A stretch of 49,266 bases of DNA from Bacillota bacterium (lineage in GTDB: Bacteria > Bacillota > Clostridia > Acetivibrionales > DSM-1351). The notes below the pieces were generated by a model that did not search any database, was not told the DNA's origin, and saw only the letters and a program-made list of their open reading frames with translations. The position numbers were made by a program, and so were the translations under genes. The stretch spans positions 1 through 49,266 of the forward strand of contig JAEWZA010000061.1 in assembly GCA_023395575.1 (NCBI GenBank). The letters are read 5' to 3'. This document shows positions 27,891 to 38,654 of this stretch, piece after piece (position 1 is the first letter of the stretch; every line of letters begins with the position of its first letter).

Positions 27891-28883
27891 ATGGAGGTTA
27901 ATTTGAAAAATCTGATTTTAGAAAAGCTAAAGCAGAAAAAGGAATATATGTCAGGTGAAGAACTGAGCCAGTTATTTGATGTCTCCAGAACAGCTATATG
28001 GAAGCATATAAATGAATTGAGAAATGAGGGCTACAATATAGTTTCATCAACAAAAAAAGGATATATTCTTGTTGAAACTCCAGATTTGCTTGATGGCAGG
28101 GAATTACAAATCCCTAACGGTCAGATTATTGGACGTGACTTAGTCCACTTCCATGAAATAGACTCTACTAATAACTATGCAAAAAAAATTGCAAATGATG
28201 GCTGTCAGCATGGAACAATTGTAGTTGCAGATAAGCAGACTATGGGAAGAGGTAGAGTAGGGAGGTGTTGGGAATCTTCTAGCAGTGAGGGACTATGGTT
28301 TTCAATTGTCCTAAGACCTAATTTAGAACCTGAATATATCCAGATTGTCACACTTGCTGCAGCGGTCGCTGTTGTAGAGGGGATATTTGAGAATCAAGGA
28401 ATAGTTTGCGGAATCAAGTGGCCAAATGATATAATATTAAATAATTATAAATTAGGTGGAATTCTTACAGAACTAAGTGCTGAGCCTGAACATATTAACT
28501 ATGTAGTGGTTGGTATTGGAATTAACATTAATCAAGATAAAAATGCTTTCGGCGATGAAATAAAAAATAAAGCTACATCCCTAAAGATACATACAGGAAA
28601 ATGGGTTTCTCGAGTAAGGCTATTAGAAAGTATTCTGAGCAAATTTGAACAAATATACAGTAAATTAATACAAGGGAAAAATAAAGAAATAATAAATATA
28701 TGGAGTAAATATTCTGTTACTATAGGAAAAGAAGTTAGAGTTAGTATTAAGGGGACTGAATATATTGGTTTAGCTCAATCCATAACCCCAGATGGCAAGC
28801 TAATTGTTAAATGTAATGATGGAGAGGTCAGAGAGATATCTTCAGGTGAAATTAAAGTTAGGGGTTTACTTGGATATATATGA
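27891..28883 (+). CDS. birA: Bifunctional biotin-[acetyl-CoA carboxylase] ligase/repressor
   Basis: N-terminal HTH SGEELSQLFDVSRTAIWKHI; DSTN, QTMGRGRVGR, KWPND, KLGGIL, GIGIN. Confidence 0.95.
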   Translation: MEVNLKNLILEKLKQKKEYMSGEELSQLFDVSRTAIWKHINELRNEGYNIVSSTKKGYILVETPDLLDGRELQIPNGQIIGRDLVHFHEIDSTNNYAKKIANDGCQHGTIVVADKQTMGRGRVGRCWESSSSEGLWFSIVLRPNLEPEYIQIVTLAAAVAVVEGIFENQGIVCGIKWPNDIILNNYKLGGILTELSAEPEHINYVVVGIGININQDKNAFGDEIKNKATSLKIHTGKWVSRVRLLESILSKFEQIYSKLIQGKNKEIINIWSKYSVTIGKEVRVSIKGTEYIGLAQSITPDGKLIVKCNDGEVREISSGEIKVRGLLGYI

Positions 28884-28992
28884 CGGACGTTTTCAACTGT
28901 TTTGATATATAGATTTACTAAAATATAGTGTTTTAAGATTTTTATGGAAATAGTTTGCGTAAGATTATTATAAATCTAGGAGGAATATATAA

Positions 28993-29490
28993 GTGGTTAG
29001 AAAGAGTGAATATCCTAAAAAAAATGATTTATCAAAGAATGATGTACCTTCAGGCCAAACACAAGTACCTAATTCCACTCAAAAAAGTGGAGAGTCTCAT
29101 CATAAAGAGAGTAGTACAAGGAACAGCCGCCCTCCAAGAGAGAATCAGCAAAGGGATAATAATCAGCAGAAGGAATATCAAAGAAGAGAACCAAAGAGAG
29201 AAAATACTTCACGTGTTAGCCAATCAAGAGATAGCGTTCAAAAAGAAAATACAATAAAAGAAAATACTCAGCGAGATAACTCTTCGAGAGAGAACTACCA
29301 AAAGAATTATCACAGAGAATCTCAAAATAATAAAGAGACTAGAGAAACATACAGGCAACATTATCAGAGAAATGCAATAAAACCAAAGACAGAAGAGACT
29401 GTTGAAGACATAGCAAATGATATTGCCAGAATAGAAAAAGAAATTGATCTTGAAATAAAAGAGATAAAGAGCTTGAGACTTGGTTTGTAG
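28993..29490 (+). CDS. Low-complexity R/E/N/Q-rich protein with C-terminal coiled coil
   Basis: AGGAGG RBS before GTG 28993; repeated RENxQ-like units; C-terminal [27 protein letters not shown]. Confidence 0.8.
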   Translation: MVRKSEYPKKNDLSKNDVPSGQTQVPNSTQKSGESHHKESSTRNSRPPRENQQRDNNQQKEYQRREPKRENTSRVSQSRDSVQKENTIKENTQRDNSSRENYQKNYHRESQNNKETRETYRQHYQRNAIKPKTEETVEDIANDIARIEKEIDLEIKEIKSLRLGL

Positions 29491-29512
29491 TTCTGTCGCT
29501 TGTGGAGGTCAT

Positions 29513-30283
29513 ATGATTTTAGTTATAGATGTTGGTAATACACATACTTTGTTAGGTGCATTTGAGGGAAATGAGCTTTTGGCAAACTGGCGGATTAGTA
29601 CTGATAGAGAGAGAAGTGCTGATGAGTTAGGAATGTTGATGCTAAATCTTTTTGCATATGGGAAATTAAATGCAGAAGAGATTGAGGCAGTTGTTGTTGC
29701 CTCTGTTGTTCCCTCTTTGTTGTATACACTTGAACATTCCATAAAAAAGTACTTAAAATTAGATGCTATGATTGTTGGTCCTGGTACGAAGACCGGAATT
29801 AATATTAGATGTCAAAATCCAAAAGAAGTAGGTGTAGACAAAATAGTAAATGCAGTAGCTGGCTACGAAATTTATGGTGGTCCTCTTATTATTATTGATA
29901 TGGGAACAGCTACTACCTTTTGTGCTGTATCTGCAAAGGGCGAGTATTTAGGCAATGTTATATGCCCCGGTATAAAGATAAGCACAGAGGCTCTTTATCA
30001 GAAGGCTGCTATGTTGCCTAGAATTGATTTGGTTAAACCTGATAGTGTTATTGGTAAAAATACTGTAGCTAGTATGCAATCAGGTATTTTTTATGGATAT
30101 GTTGGAAAAATAGACTACATTGTTAAACGCATGAAACATGAAATGAAGGAGACTACAGTAAAGGTTATCGCTACAGGCGGCTTTGCAAGATTAATTGCCG
30201 AAGAATCTCAGGTAATAAATGAAGTTAATTCTACATTGACTCTAAACGGGCTTAGGATAGTATATGAAAGAAATAAAAATTAA
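29513..30283 (+). CDS. coaX: Type III pantothenate kinase
   Basis: [47 protein letters not shown] 29513 follows GGAGG. Confidence 0.94.
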   Translation: MILVIDVGNTHTLLGAFEGNELLANWRISTDRERSADELGMLMLNLFAYGKLNAEEIEAVVVASVVPSLLYTLEHSIKKYLKLDAMIVGPGTKTGINIRCQNPKEVGVDKIVNAVAGYEIYGGPLIIIDMGTATTFCAVSAKGEYLGNVICPGIKISTEALYQKAAMLPRIDLVKPDSVIGKNTVASMQSGIFYGYVGKIDYIVKRMKHEMKETTVKVIATGGFARLIAEESQVINEVNSTLTLNGLRIVYERNKN

Positions 30284-30355
30284 TCAGATGTAAAAACTTT
30301 TACCTCTGATATGGGAAATCATAACTTAATTTGTAAATATATGGATAATGTTATT

Positions 30356-30383
30356 AAAAAAAGATGGTATACGTCTTTTTTTT
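30356..30383 (+). terminator. Rho-independent terminator after coaX
   Basis: AAAAAAAGATG-GTATA-CGTCTTTTTTTT. Confidence 0.6.
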
Positions 30384-30497
30384 GTATAGTTTTTTATAAT
30401 AAATAGAATACTAATAATTATAACAAAAGTTAACACAATAAATTGAATCAGCCCAATTTGCCTTGTTAAAAGGTGGTTTTTAAATATTTTGTATACA

Positions 30498-30515
30498 TTG
30501 TTAAAAGATTAACCC
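30498..30515. promoter_or_regulatory. Probable Rex operator upstream of mdh
   Basis: TTGTTAA-AAGA-TTAACCC versus the clostridial Rex consensus TTGTTAA-N4-TTAACAA (2 mismatches). Confidence 0.5.
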
Positions 30516-30666
30516 GAAATTAGTAGAACGAGCGACAATTAAAGATGTATTCTTGATAATTGGCGAATAATAACAAAATGTATCTCCAAAAAAGTATTTT
30601 TAACATTTGTATCTTAAAATGTAATGTGGTACTCTATTAACAATTGCGAAAAATGGAGGGATTATT

Positions 30667-31608
30667 GTGGCAGGAAAAGGCTTTAAAGTAGCGGTAATTG
30701 GTTGTGGATTTGTTGGAGCGTCAGCAGCTTTTGCAATGTCAATTAACAACCTAGTATCAGAATTGGTTTTGATTGATGTTAATAAGGAAAAAGCATATGG
30801 TGAAGCATTGGACATCAATCATGGGTTATCTTTTGTTGGGCAAATGAATGTTTATTCTGGTGATTATTCAGATTGTAAAGACTGTGACGTAATTGTTGTT
30901 ACAGCTGGAGCAAATAGAAAGCCAGGCGAAACTCGTTTGGATTTAGCTAAGAAAAATGTTTCAATAATGAAGGATATTACTGCAAACATTATGAAGCATT
31001 ACAATAAGGGTGTAATATTGGTTGTATCAAACCCTGTTGATATTTTAACTTATATGGTACAGAAGTGGTCAGGTTTACCAGCTAGTAAGGTAATAGGTTC
31101 TGGTACAGTACTTGACAGCTCAAGATTTAGAAACCATATTGCAGGCATTTTAAATGTAGATGTTAAGAATGTACATGGATATATTATTGGTGAGCACGGT
31201 GATTCACAGTTACCAATATGGAGCGCAACACATATTGCTGGTACTAAATTTGACGATTATGTAGCGAAAACCAATATATCTGTTGACAAAGAACAGATTC
31301 TTAACGATGTTAAGACTGCAGGTGCAGTAATTATTAAGAATAAGGGAGCAACATACTATGGTATAGCATTGTCTATCAACAGAATATGTGAATCTCTTCT
31401 TAAGAACTACAAGACTATAATGCCTGTAGGAACAGTTATTAACGGACCTTATGGTATAAGTGAGGTGGCTCTTAGTCTTCCAGCGATAGTTTGCGGAAAT
31501 GGCTGCGAAAAAATATTAGAAATTGACTTAACTGATGATGAGTTAAAGGGTCTATTACATTCAGTAGATCAAGTTAAACTAGTACTGAATGAAGTAAAGA
31601 ACATATAA
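30667..31608 (+). CDS. mdh: LDH-like malate dehydrogenase
   Basis: GCGFVG, VSNPVD, GSGTVLDSSR, GEHGDS. The substrate loop TAGANRKPGETR has Arg (MDH-type), not Gln (LDH-type); adjacent to malic enzyme. Confidence 0.82.
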   Translation: MAGKGFKVAVIGCGFVGASAAFAMSINNLVSELVLIDVNKEKAYGEALDINHGLSFVGQMNVYSGDYSDCKDCDVIVVTAGANRKPGETRLDLAKKNVSIMKDITANIMKHYNKGVILVVSNPVDILTYMVQKWSGLPASKVIGSGTVLDSSRFRNHIAGILNVDVKNVHGYIIGEHGDSQLPIWSATHIAGTKFDDYVAKTNISVDKEQILNDVKTAGAVIIKNKGATYYGIALSINRICESLLKNYKTIMPVGTVINGPYGISEVALSLPAIVCGNGCEKILEIDLTDDELKGLLHSVDQVKLVLNEVKNI

Positions 31609-31636
31609 GTATCTAATGTATTTTTAAAGCAAATGT

Positions 31637-31677
31637 AAATTTAAAGCGAAGCTTGTACAAGTTTCGCTTTAAATTTT
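31637..31677 (+). terminator. Terminator after mdh
   Basis: AAATTTAAAGCGAAGCTTG-TA-CAAGTTTCGCTTTAAATTTT. Confidence 0.75.
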
Positions 31678-31687
31678 GATAAATGAG

Positions 31688-31716
31688 TTGTGAAAGTTTT
31701 CACAAAAGTGTATAAT
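31688..31716 (+). promoter_or_regulatory. Sigma-A promoter of malic enzyme overlapped by a perfect Rex operator
   Basis: TTGTGAA-AGTT-TTCACAA (31688-31705); -35 TTGTGA, 17 bp spacer, -10 TATAAT (31711-31716). Confidence 0.8.
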
Positions 31717-31769
31717 ACAAATATGTGATTAAAGAATATCTTAAATATAAACTTTTGGAGGAATGAAAA

Positions 31770-32945
31770 ATGGGTACAATTTATGAAGATTCACTTAAAG
31801 CGCACGAAGAGTGGGCTGGAAAGATAGAGGTTATTTGTAAAGCTCCATTAAAGGACAAGAGAGACCTTTCATTAGCTTATTCACCTGGAGTTGCGGAGCC
31901 ATGTCTTGAAATTCAAAAGGATGTTGAGAACTCATACAAGTATACTAGAAGACATAACCTTGTTGCTGTTATTACTGATGGTACAGCAGTTTTAGGTCTT
32001 GGAGATATTGGTCCAGAAGCAGGTATGCCTGTTATGGAAGGAAAATGCTGCCTCTTCAAAACTTTTGGTGATGTTGATGCTTTTCCTCTCTGTATTAAAT
32101 CAAAAGATGTAGATACAATAGTAAATACTGTTAAATTATTAGAAGGAAGCTTTGGTGGTGTAAATCTAGAAGATATTGCAGCTCCAAGATGCTTCGAAAT
32201 AGAAGAAAGACTAAAGAAAGAAACTAATATTCCAATATTCCACGATGACCAACACGGAACTGCAATAGTTACTGCTGCAGGTCTTATCAATGCTTTAAAG
32301 GTTGTTGGAAAGAATATGGAAGATATTTCTATAGTTGTAAATGGTGCAGGTGCGGCTGCAATAGCTATTACAAAGCTTCTCTTCTCAATGGGACTTAGAA
32401 AAGTTGTTCTCTGTGACACAAAAGGTGTTATCTATGAAGGTAGAGACAATCTAAATCCAATTAAAGCTGAAATGGCTAAGATTACTAACCTTGAAGGCAA
32501 AAGAGGATTATTAAAGGATGTTATGGTTGGAGCTGATGTATTTATAGGCGTTTCAGCTGCAGGCACAGTTACAAAGGAAATGGTTCAGTCAATGGCAAAG
32601 GATCCAATTATATTTGCTCAAGCTAACCCAACTCCTGAAATCATGCCTGAGGAAGCACTTGAAGCAGGTGCTGCTGTTGTTGGAACAGGTCGTTCAGACT
32701 ATCCAAATCAGGTTAACAACGTTCTTGCGTTCCCTGGTATTTTTAGAGGAACTTTTGATGTTGGAGCTCGTGAGATAAATGATGAAATGAAAATAGCTGC
32801 TGCTTATGCTATAGCAGGACTTGTAAGTGATGCTGAAAGAAATGCAGAATATGTAATTCCAGCTCCATTTGATCCTAGAGTAGCAAAAGAGGTTGCAGCA
32901 GCAGTAGCTGAAGCAGCTAGAAAAACTGGTGTTGTTAGAGTTTAA
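31770..32945 (+). CDS. NAD(P)-dependent malic enzyme
   Basis: AYSPGVA, DGTAVLGLG, PVMEGK, NLEDIAAP, FHDDQHGTA, NGAGAAA, GRSDYPNQVNNVLAFPG. Confidence 0.95.
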   Translation: MGTIYEDSLKAHEEWAGKIEVICKAPLKDKRDLSLAYSPGVAEPCLEIQKDVENSYKYTRRHNLVAVITDGTAVLGLGDIGPEAGMPVMEGKCCLFKTFGDVDAFPLCIKSKDVDTIVNTVKLLEGSFGGVNLEDIAAPRCFEIEERLKKETNIPIFHDDQHGTAIVTAAGLINALKVVGKNMEDISIVVNGAGAAAIAITKLLFSMGLRKVVLCDTKGVIYEGRDNLNPIKAEMAKITNLEGKRGLLKDVMVGADVFIGVSAAGTVTKEMVQSMAKDPIIFAQANPTPEIMPEEALEAGAAVVGTGRSDYPNQVNNVLAFPGIFRGTFDVGAREINDEMKIAAAYAIAGLVSDAERNAEYVIPAPFDPRVAKEVAAAVAEAARKTGVVRV

Positions 32946-33001
32946 TTTGAATATAATAAATTAATTTAAAATAAAATTAATTATTATTTGTTGGATGAGT
33001 T

Positions 33002-33040
33002 AAAAGAGATTGTCATTATATATGTGACAATCTCTTTTTA
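33002..33040 (+). terminator. Rho-independent terminator after malic enzyme
   Basis: AAAAGAGATTGTCA ... TGACAATCTCTTTTT. Confidence 0.85.
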
Positions 33041-33527
33041 TGGATTTTGTGAAAACAACTACTGAATCGAAATGCTTAATTAATTTTCACATAAAAAATT
33101 CTATATTCTATTGGTTAGGAGAATTATCAATGGTTTGTGAATTTAATTGCGAAAGTTAAATCCATATATAATATGAAAATTGGAATTTCTGTTACATAAG
33201 GACAATATAGGTGCAATAACCCTTGAATACCAAAATAAAATTGTGTGAAATGTATAGAAAGGGAATAACTTTATTTTCAGATGTATGCTATACTACAAAT
33301 AATGATATAAATAGTAGAAATATATGCTTACCATTAAAATGTAAACATTATTATATTGAAGAATCTTGTGTGATGGTAGTTTCAAAATCAATTATGGCTA
33401 AAGCCAATAATTTGACTTCATAAGTTGGATATATGTTCTAAATAATTGTTATCAAAAAATATATTATATATAAGTTTTATAATAAGCTTTAATACTTAAA
33501 ATATGGGTGTTAGAGGGGGTGTAATTG

Positions 33528-35099
33528 ATGCTTAAGGTACTTCTTGTAGATGATGAGCCTTACATGCTTGAGGGGCTTAAGGTTATGATAGATTGGAAAG
33601 CATATGGTTTTAAAATATGCGGCGAGGCTACAAATGGAGAGGATGCGCTGGAAATAATAAAAATGAGCAATCCTGACCTTATAATTACTGACATACGTAT
33701 GCCTAAAATGGATGGTTTAGAACTAATTAGGCTGGCTTATGAAAAATTGCACTCAACAGCTAAAATTGTCATACTCAGTGGTTACGACGATTTTAGTTAT
33801 GCAAAGCAAGCGATGATGTATAAGATAAAAAACTATTTATTAAAGCCTCTAGATGATGACGAACTCAAGGAAGTGGTTTCTAAGCTATCAACAGAAATAT
33901 TAGTAGACCGTAGAAAGGCTGAAAATATTAATAAGCAGCTGACATTTATAACAAACCAAAGCTTGCAGAGATTGATAGATGGAGAGAATAAGGCCACTCT
34001 TATTGATAGGACAAGAATGCTGTTAAACCTTAATGAAGGGCAAGAGTTTAGATGTGTTATGTTCTATATAGAGAGCCTGAATGGTTTGGCAAGGAAGACA
34101 GGAAAGATAAATTTAGAAATAAAAAGAAATGAAATCATAGAAATATTGCAATCTGAACTGGGAACAGAATTTCAATATAGTATTTTTGAAGATACTGAAG
34201 ACAGACTGTGCATTATTTTAAGTGAGAATATGCCCTATTATGATGAGTTTGAAGCCTTTGTAACTTCTCTTCAAAAGAAACTAGAGACTATAACAGGGGC
34301 ATGTGTATCCTCAGCTTATAGCAATGCAGCATATGAAATAAATACATTATTTGAATTACACAGACAGGTTTCTTCTGCAATTAATTTTAAATTTTATCTT
34401 GGAGAGAGCAGTATTATTAATTATGATGATGTTAGGGATAGAAAATTAAATTATCAAGTATATACTCCTGAATTTAATAATTTATTGTGTCATATAAGAA
34501 CAAATGATTGCAGTCTAATTAAAGAGGATGTGCAATTGATATTTGACCAATTCTACAAAATGCAAAGTGCCCCTGAGATTATAGTGGCTTATTTAAATAA
34601 TTTTTTGTTGGAATTAGTAAAGGTTATTCAGGAATTTGATGGAGTTTCAAAAGATACTCTACAAATGGTATTGGAGTTTGATAATTTCTTGGGTTATCCT
34701 TCGTTTATTAGATTATCGGAAGCATTTTTGGAAAGATGTTATTATGCTGCTAACTATATAGAAAATTTAAAGAAAAATGATTCTCAATATATTATTTATG
34801 AAATTAAGAACTATATTAATGAACATTATCACCAAGATATTAAATTAAAAAAAGTGGCTAGCTTATTTTATATGAATCCTGTATATCTTGGTCAATTATT
34901 TAAAAAAACCACTGGTATGCAATTCAATGACTACTTGAATTATGTGCGTATTGAAGAAGCTAAAAAACTTCTCAGACAGACTAATATGAAGGTTGTAGAA
35001 ATATCAAAAGTTGTTGGATATAAAGATCCTAAATATTTTTTACAGAAGTTTAAAACTACTACGAATACTTCACCTACGTCGTTTAAGTCAAGTAACTAA
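33528..35099 (+). CDS. YesN-like response regulator (receiver + AraC HTH)
   Basis: VLLVDDE, ITDIRMP, LSGYDDF, YLLKP; C-terminal MNPVYLGQLFKK...VGYKDPKYF. Alternative start TTG 33525. Confidence 0.92.
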   Translation: MLKVLLVDDEPYMLEGLKVMIDWKAYGFKICGEATNGEDALEIIKMSNPDLIITDIRMPKMDGLELIRLAYEKLHSTAKIVILSGYDDFSYAKQAMMYKIKNYLLKPLDDDELKEVVSKLSTEILVDRRKAENINKQLTFITNQSLQRLIDGENKATLIDRTRMLLNLNEGQEFRCVMFYIESLNGLARKTGKINLEIKRNEIIEILQSELGTEFQYSIFEDTEDRLCIILSENMPYYDEFEAFVTSLQKKLETITGACVSSAYSNAAYEINTLFELHRQVSSAINFKFYLGESSIINYDDVRDRKLNYQVYTPEFNNLLCHIRTNDCSLIKEDVQLIFDQFYKMQSAPEIIVAYLNNFLLELVKVIQEFDGVSKDTLQMVLEFDNFLGYPSFIRLSEAFLERCYYAANYIENLKKNDSQYIIYEIKNYINEHYHQDIKLKKVASLFYMNPVYLGQLFKKTTGMQFNDYLNYVRIEEAKKLLRQTNMKVVEISKVVGYKDPKYFLQKFKTTTNTSPTSFKSSN

Positions 35100-35125
35100 C
35101 TATTTATTTATGAGAGGAATTTTGG

Positions 35126-36913
35126 ATGTTTAATAATAGGAAATTTAGGTATAGAGTAAATGATATTCCGTTAAAATTTAAATTTTTAATAATATATATT
35201 GTTTGTCTCCTCATTCCGATAATTGTTATCAACATCTCTTTTGTAGATAAGTTTTCTAATATTATACAAGAAAAAGAGGAAAATACCTATAAAATATCAT
35301 TAGAAAGAACCAGAGTTGACATTGTGACAATGTTTGATGGTTGTATTGCAGCAAGTCATTCCATATCGTCAGATAGAACCTTGCATAATATTCTTGATAG
35401 AAACTTTTTGAATGGTGAGGAATATTTTGAGGTTTATGATAGCCAGCTTAGAAATAGGCTGAATGTATATACATCTGCTTATGATTATATGAGCAACATA
35501 GAAATTTTTGTAGATAATCCGACAATAAGCAGCGGAGGAACGTACAACCACATAGGCGAAGGGGTAGAAAGCACTTTGTGGTATGATAAGCTTTACAGTT
35601 CCAAGGGCTCTGTTCTATTAAATTCCTATTTAGGATATACAAAAAGCTTGCCTACAAAGCGTGAACAGTATTTAAGTGTCTTAAACAAACTAGACTATTA
35701 CCCAACATTTAATAATGGGCGAAGAAAAATCCTTAAAATAGACATTAATATGCAAAAACTGAACAATATTTTTAAGAGGGAAAATACTTTCTTAAATTTA
35801 TACCTATTGGATCCGGAGGATAATATTATATGTAGTTCCTCCTCTTCATATAATTTTGAAGATATAGACAGATTACAAACATTTGACAGTCAAAACATAG
35901 TTAAGGATAATATTATACTTGAAACAGCATTAAGTAATTCCTCGTATATGAAGGGATGGAGATTGATAGGCGTTTCAACTGCTGAGCGTATGCAGAAGTC
36001 TGTAATAGAAACATTGAAATTTGTATTGCTTTTTGTACTTATCAGTGTTGTTATTTCGTCAATTCTCAGTTTGATAATGGCTAATTCCTACAATTACAGG
36101 CTGAAAAAACTTTCAAAACACATGAGTAGGTTTACAGATGGGAAGTTTGAATTAATTGAAATAAGCGAGGGACAAGATGAAATAGGGGGAGTTATTAGAA
36201 GCTTTAATCTAATGGCTTCCAAAATAAATTTGCTGATAAATGATGTTTATAAGCTTCAGCTGCAAAAAAAAGACCTTGAATTAGAGCGAATACGTGCAGA
36301 AATTAACTTTTTACAGAGTCAGATGGATCCCCATTTTCTTTTCAATACACTAAATGCTATATTGGTTGTTAGCACAAAGAACGGATATACAGAGATTATT
36401 GATATTCTGAAGTACCTTTCAAAGACTCTTAGGAGACTTTTAAGCTGGAAGGATGATTTGGTTACCATACAGGAGGAAGTCTCGTTTACAGAGATGTATC
36501 TGAAAATCGAAAAGTTCAGATTTGGTGATAAAATAGAATATTCTATTGACATAGATGATAGCCTTTTAGGAGTTAAGATACCCAAAATGAGCTTGCAGCC
36601 CTTAGTTGAAAATGCATGTAAGCATGGGATACAAGCAATAACTGAAGTGGGAATTGTAAGGATAATTGCTGAATTAAGTGATAATAACCTTAAAATATGT
36701 GTTGAGGATAATGGAACAGGTATGGATAATGAAAAACTTAATGAGCTAATTACCAATGTAACAAGTACAGAAGAGCTAAGTTCAAATATAGGACTTCGAA
36801 ATGTATATAGGAGGCTAAAACTTTACTACGAAGACGATGTTTCATTTGAAATTGAAAGTGAGAAAGAAATAGGTACAAAAGTTAGTTTTACAATACGAAA
36901 AAATTTGTCGTAA
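35126..36913 (+). CDS. YesM-like sensor histidine kinase
   Basis: Two TM helices, HAMP (DEIG...SFN), LQSQMDPHFLFNTLN, QPLVENACKHG, DNGTG, IGLRNV. Confidence 0.93.
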   Translation: MFNNRKFRYRVNDIPLKFKFLIIYIVCLLIPIIVINISFVDKFSNIIQEKEENTYKISLERTRVDIVTMFDGCIAASHSISSDRTLHNILDRNFLNGEEYFEVYDSQLRNRLNVYTSAYDYMSNIEIFVDNPTISSGGTYNHIGEGVESTLWYDKLYSSKGSVLLNSYLGYTKSLPTKREQYLSVLNKLDYYPTFNNGRRKILKIDINMQKLNNIFKRENTFLNLYLLDPEDNIICSSSSSYNFEDIDRLQTFDSQNIVKDNIILETALSNSSYMKGWRLIGVSTAERMQKSVIETLKFVLLFVLISVVISSILSLIMANSYNYRLKKLSKHMSRFTDGKFELIEISEGQDEIGGVIRSFNLMASKINLLINDVYKLQLQKKDLELERIRAEINFLQSQMDPHFLFNTLNAILVVSTKNGYTEIIDILKYLSKTLRRLLSWKDDLVTIQEEVSFTEMYLKIEKFRFGDKIEYSIDIDDSLLGVKIPKMSLQPLVENACKHGIQAITEVGIVRIIAELSDNNLKICVEDNGTGMDNEKLNELITNVTSTEELSSNIGLRNVYRRLKLYYEDDVSFEIESEKEIGTKVSFTIRKNLS

Positions 36914-36965
36914 TATTTAATTTTTAACATCAATCATATTAATAGATAGTAATTTGGAGGGGTAA

Positions 36966-38534
36966 ATGTTCAAGGTTTTAATAGTCGATGATGAGCCAAT
37001 GGCGATAGAAGCAATAAAATTAGCTGCTGATTGGGAAGATCTTGATGTATCTATATGCGGAGAGAGTACTAATGGTAAAGAGGCATTAAGTCTGGCTAAG
37101 GAAATAAGGCCTGACCTTATTATAACTGATATAGATATGCCAGTAATGAATGGAATAGAGCTTGTAAAGAGAGTTGCTGATGAAATAGATCCAGACATTA
37201 AATTCATAATTGTCAGTGGCTATGATCAGTTTGAATATGCCAAAAGTGCCATGCAGCTTGGTGTTCAACATTATATATTAAAACCTGTTTTTAAGGATGA
37301 GTTTTCAGAAGTACTATTGGATATATTATTAAGTATTGAACAAAGTAAGAAGTTAAAAAAAATATGTTCTGTAAGTACGGAGTTTGATATCGGTGTTTTG
37401 TTTGAGCAATATTTAGAAGGGAAAATTGACGAGCAGGATATTACTACTGTGCTTGGTCCTGAGATAATTCAGAATACTAATGCCTGGGCCTTTGCCAGTC
37501 TCGATGCTATTCATAATTATATAAAAGACGATTGTATTGAATTTAAAATATTTGATAAAATTAAGGCTTCATTATTGCCAAAGGGATTAAGTAGTGGGCT
37601 TGTATATCCTGTATTTGTAAACAAGGGCATTAATGGATTTGTACTTGGCAGTACTGGTGGTGTATCAATTTATGAGCTGGCGCAAATCCTATGTTCTATA
37701 TTAAAAGGAGTGTATAAAAATAGTTTTTATATAGCGTTAGGTAATCAGGTTAAAGAATTGAAGCTACTTAGTAGCTCTATGAAGGAAGCTGAAAAAGCAA
37801 TGGAATACCGTTTTTACAGTATCCCTGGCAGTATCCTGCAATACAAGGATTATGAAGAAAGCTCACACAGCTACAGTTTTGAAAATATTGAATATATGGA
37901 AGAACTGCAAAATGCATTTGAAAATATTGAAATAGACAGAATTTTAAAAGCCATAGATTCAATATTTGGTGTGTTTAAAGATGAACATACTGCTTATGAA
38001 ATGATAGAAATGTATATAAACAGCATTATTTATAAAATTTTATCTATATTGACAGCAATGGGAGAAAACATAGAGGAAATACCTTTCTTGAGGGATATTA
38101 GCATGATTTTTAGTAGAGTAAAAACTATAAATGAAATGGAATTGAAAATAAAGCAATGCTGTATTGATTTTTGCACGCATGCACAAGAAGTAAAAAACAG
38201 ATATAAATTAGCAGATAAGTTGAAGGTAGAAGAATATATAAAAGAAAACTATAAGAGAAATCTAACTATAAAGGAAATTTCCAGCAAACTCTATATTCAT
38301 CCCACATATTTAGGTAGTCAAATTAGTAAATGGTTTGGATGCAGCTTTAATGATTATTTGCATAGGCTTAGAATGAAGGAAGCAGAAATATTAGTTAGAA
38401 GTACAGACCAAAAGGTATATGATATCGCTCAACATTTAGGATATACGTCATATGGAAATTTCTTAGAACAGTTCACAAAGACCTTTTTTATGAAGCCAAG
38501 TGAATACAGAACTAAGTTTAAAAATAACAACTAA
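36966..38534 (+). CDS. Second YesN-like response regulator (receiver + AraC HTH)
   Basis: VLIVDDE, ITDIDMP, VSGYDQF, YILKP; C-terminal AraC HTH. Confidence 0.92.
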   Translation: MFKVLIVDDEPMAIEAIKLAADWEDLDVSICGESTNGKEALSLAKEIRPDLIITDIDMPVMNGIELVKRVADEIDPDIKFIIVSGYDQFEYAKSAMQLGVQHYILKPVFKDEFSEVLLDILLSIEQSKKLKKICSVSTEFDIGVLFEQYLEGKIDEQDITTVLGPEIIQNTNAWAFASLDAIHNYIKDDCIEFKIFDKIKASLLPKGLSSGLVYPVFVNKGINGFVLGSTGGVSIYELAQILCSILKGVYKNSFYIALGNQVKELKLLSSSMKEAEKAMEYRFYSIPGSILQYKDYEESSHSYSFENIEYMEELQNAFENIEIDRILKAIDSIFGVFKDEHTAYEMIEMYINSIIYKILSILTAMGENIEEIPFLRDISMIFSRVKTINEMELKIKQCCIDFCTHAQEVKNRYKLADKLKVEEYIKENYKRNLTIKEISSKLYIHPTYLGSQISKWFGCSFNDYLHRLRMKEAEILVRSTDQKVYDIAQHLGYTSYGNFLEQFTKTFFMKPSEYRTKFKNNN

Positions 38535-38654
38535 ACTTTTTAGGTAGTGAATGTGTATTTTTACAAATTGAAAAAAAACTTGTTGTAGCCGATAATATTA
38601 TTACAGTATAGTTGATGTTTATACTGAACATAGATATTATAAGGAGGACGACAA

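Noticed and set aside
28955..29257. 100-aa ORF overlapping the low-complexity gene
   Set aside because: An alternative frame kept open by the T-poor composition; the 28993 frame has the AGGAGG RBS and a structured C-terminus.
30667..31608. L-lactate dehydrogenase call
   Set aside because: The specificity residue is Arg rather than Gln and the gene is adjacent to malic enzyme.
33223..33423. 66-aa plus-strand ORF
   Set aside because: TTG start with a weak RBS and no motif in an AT-rich promoter region; unsupported.
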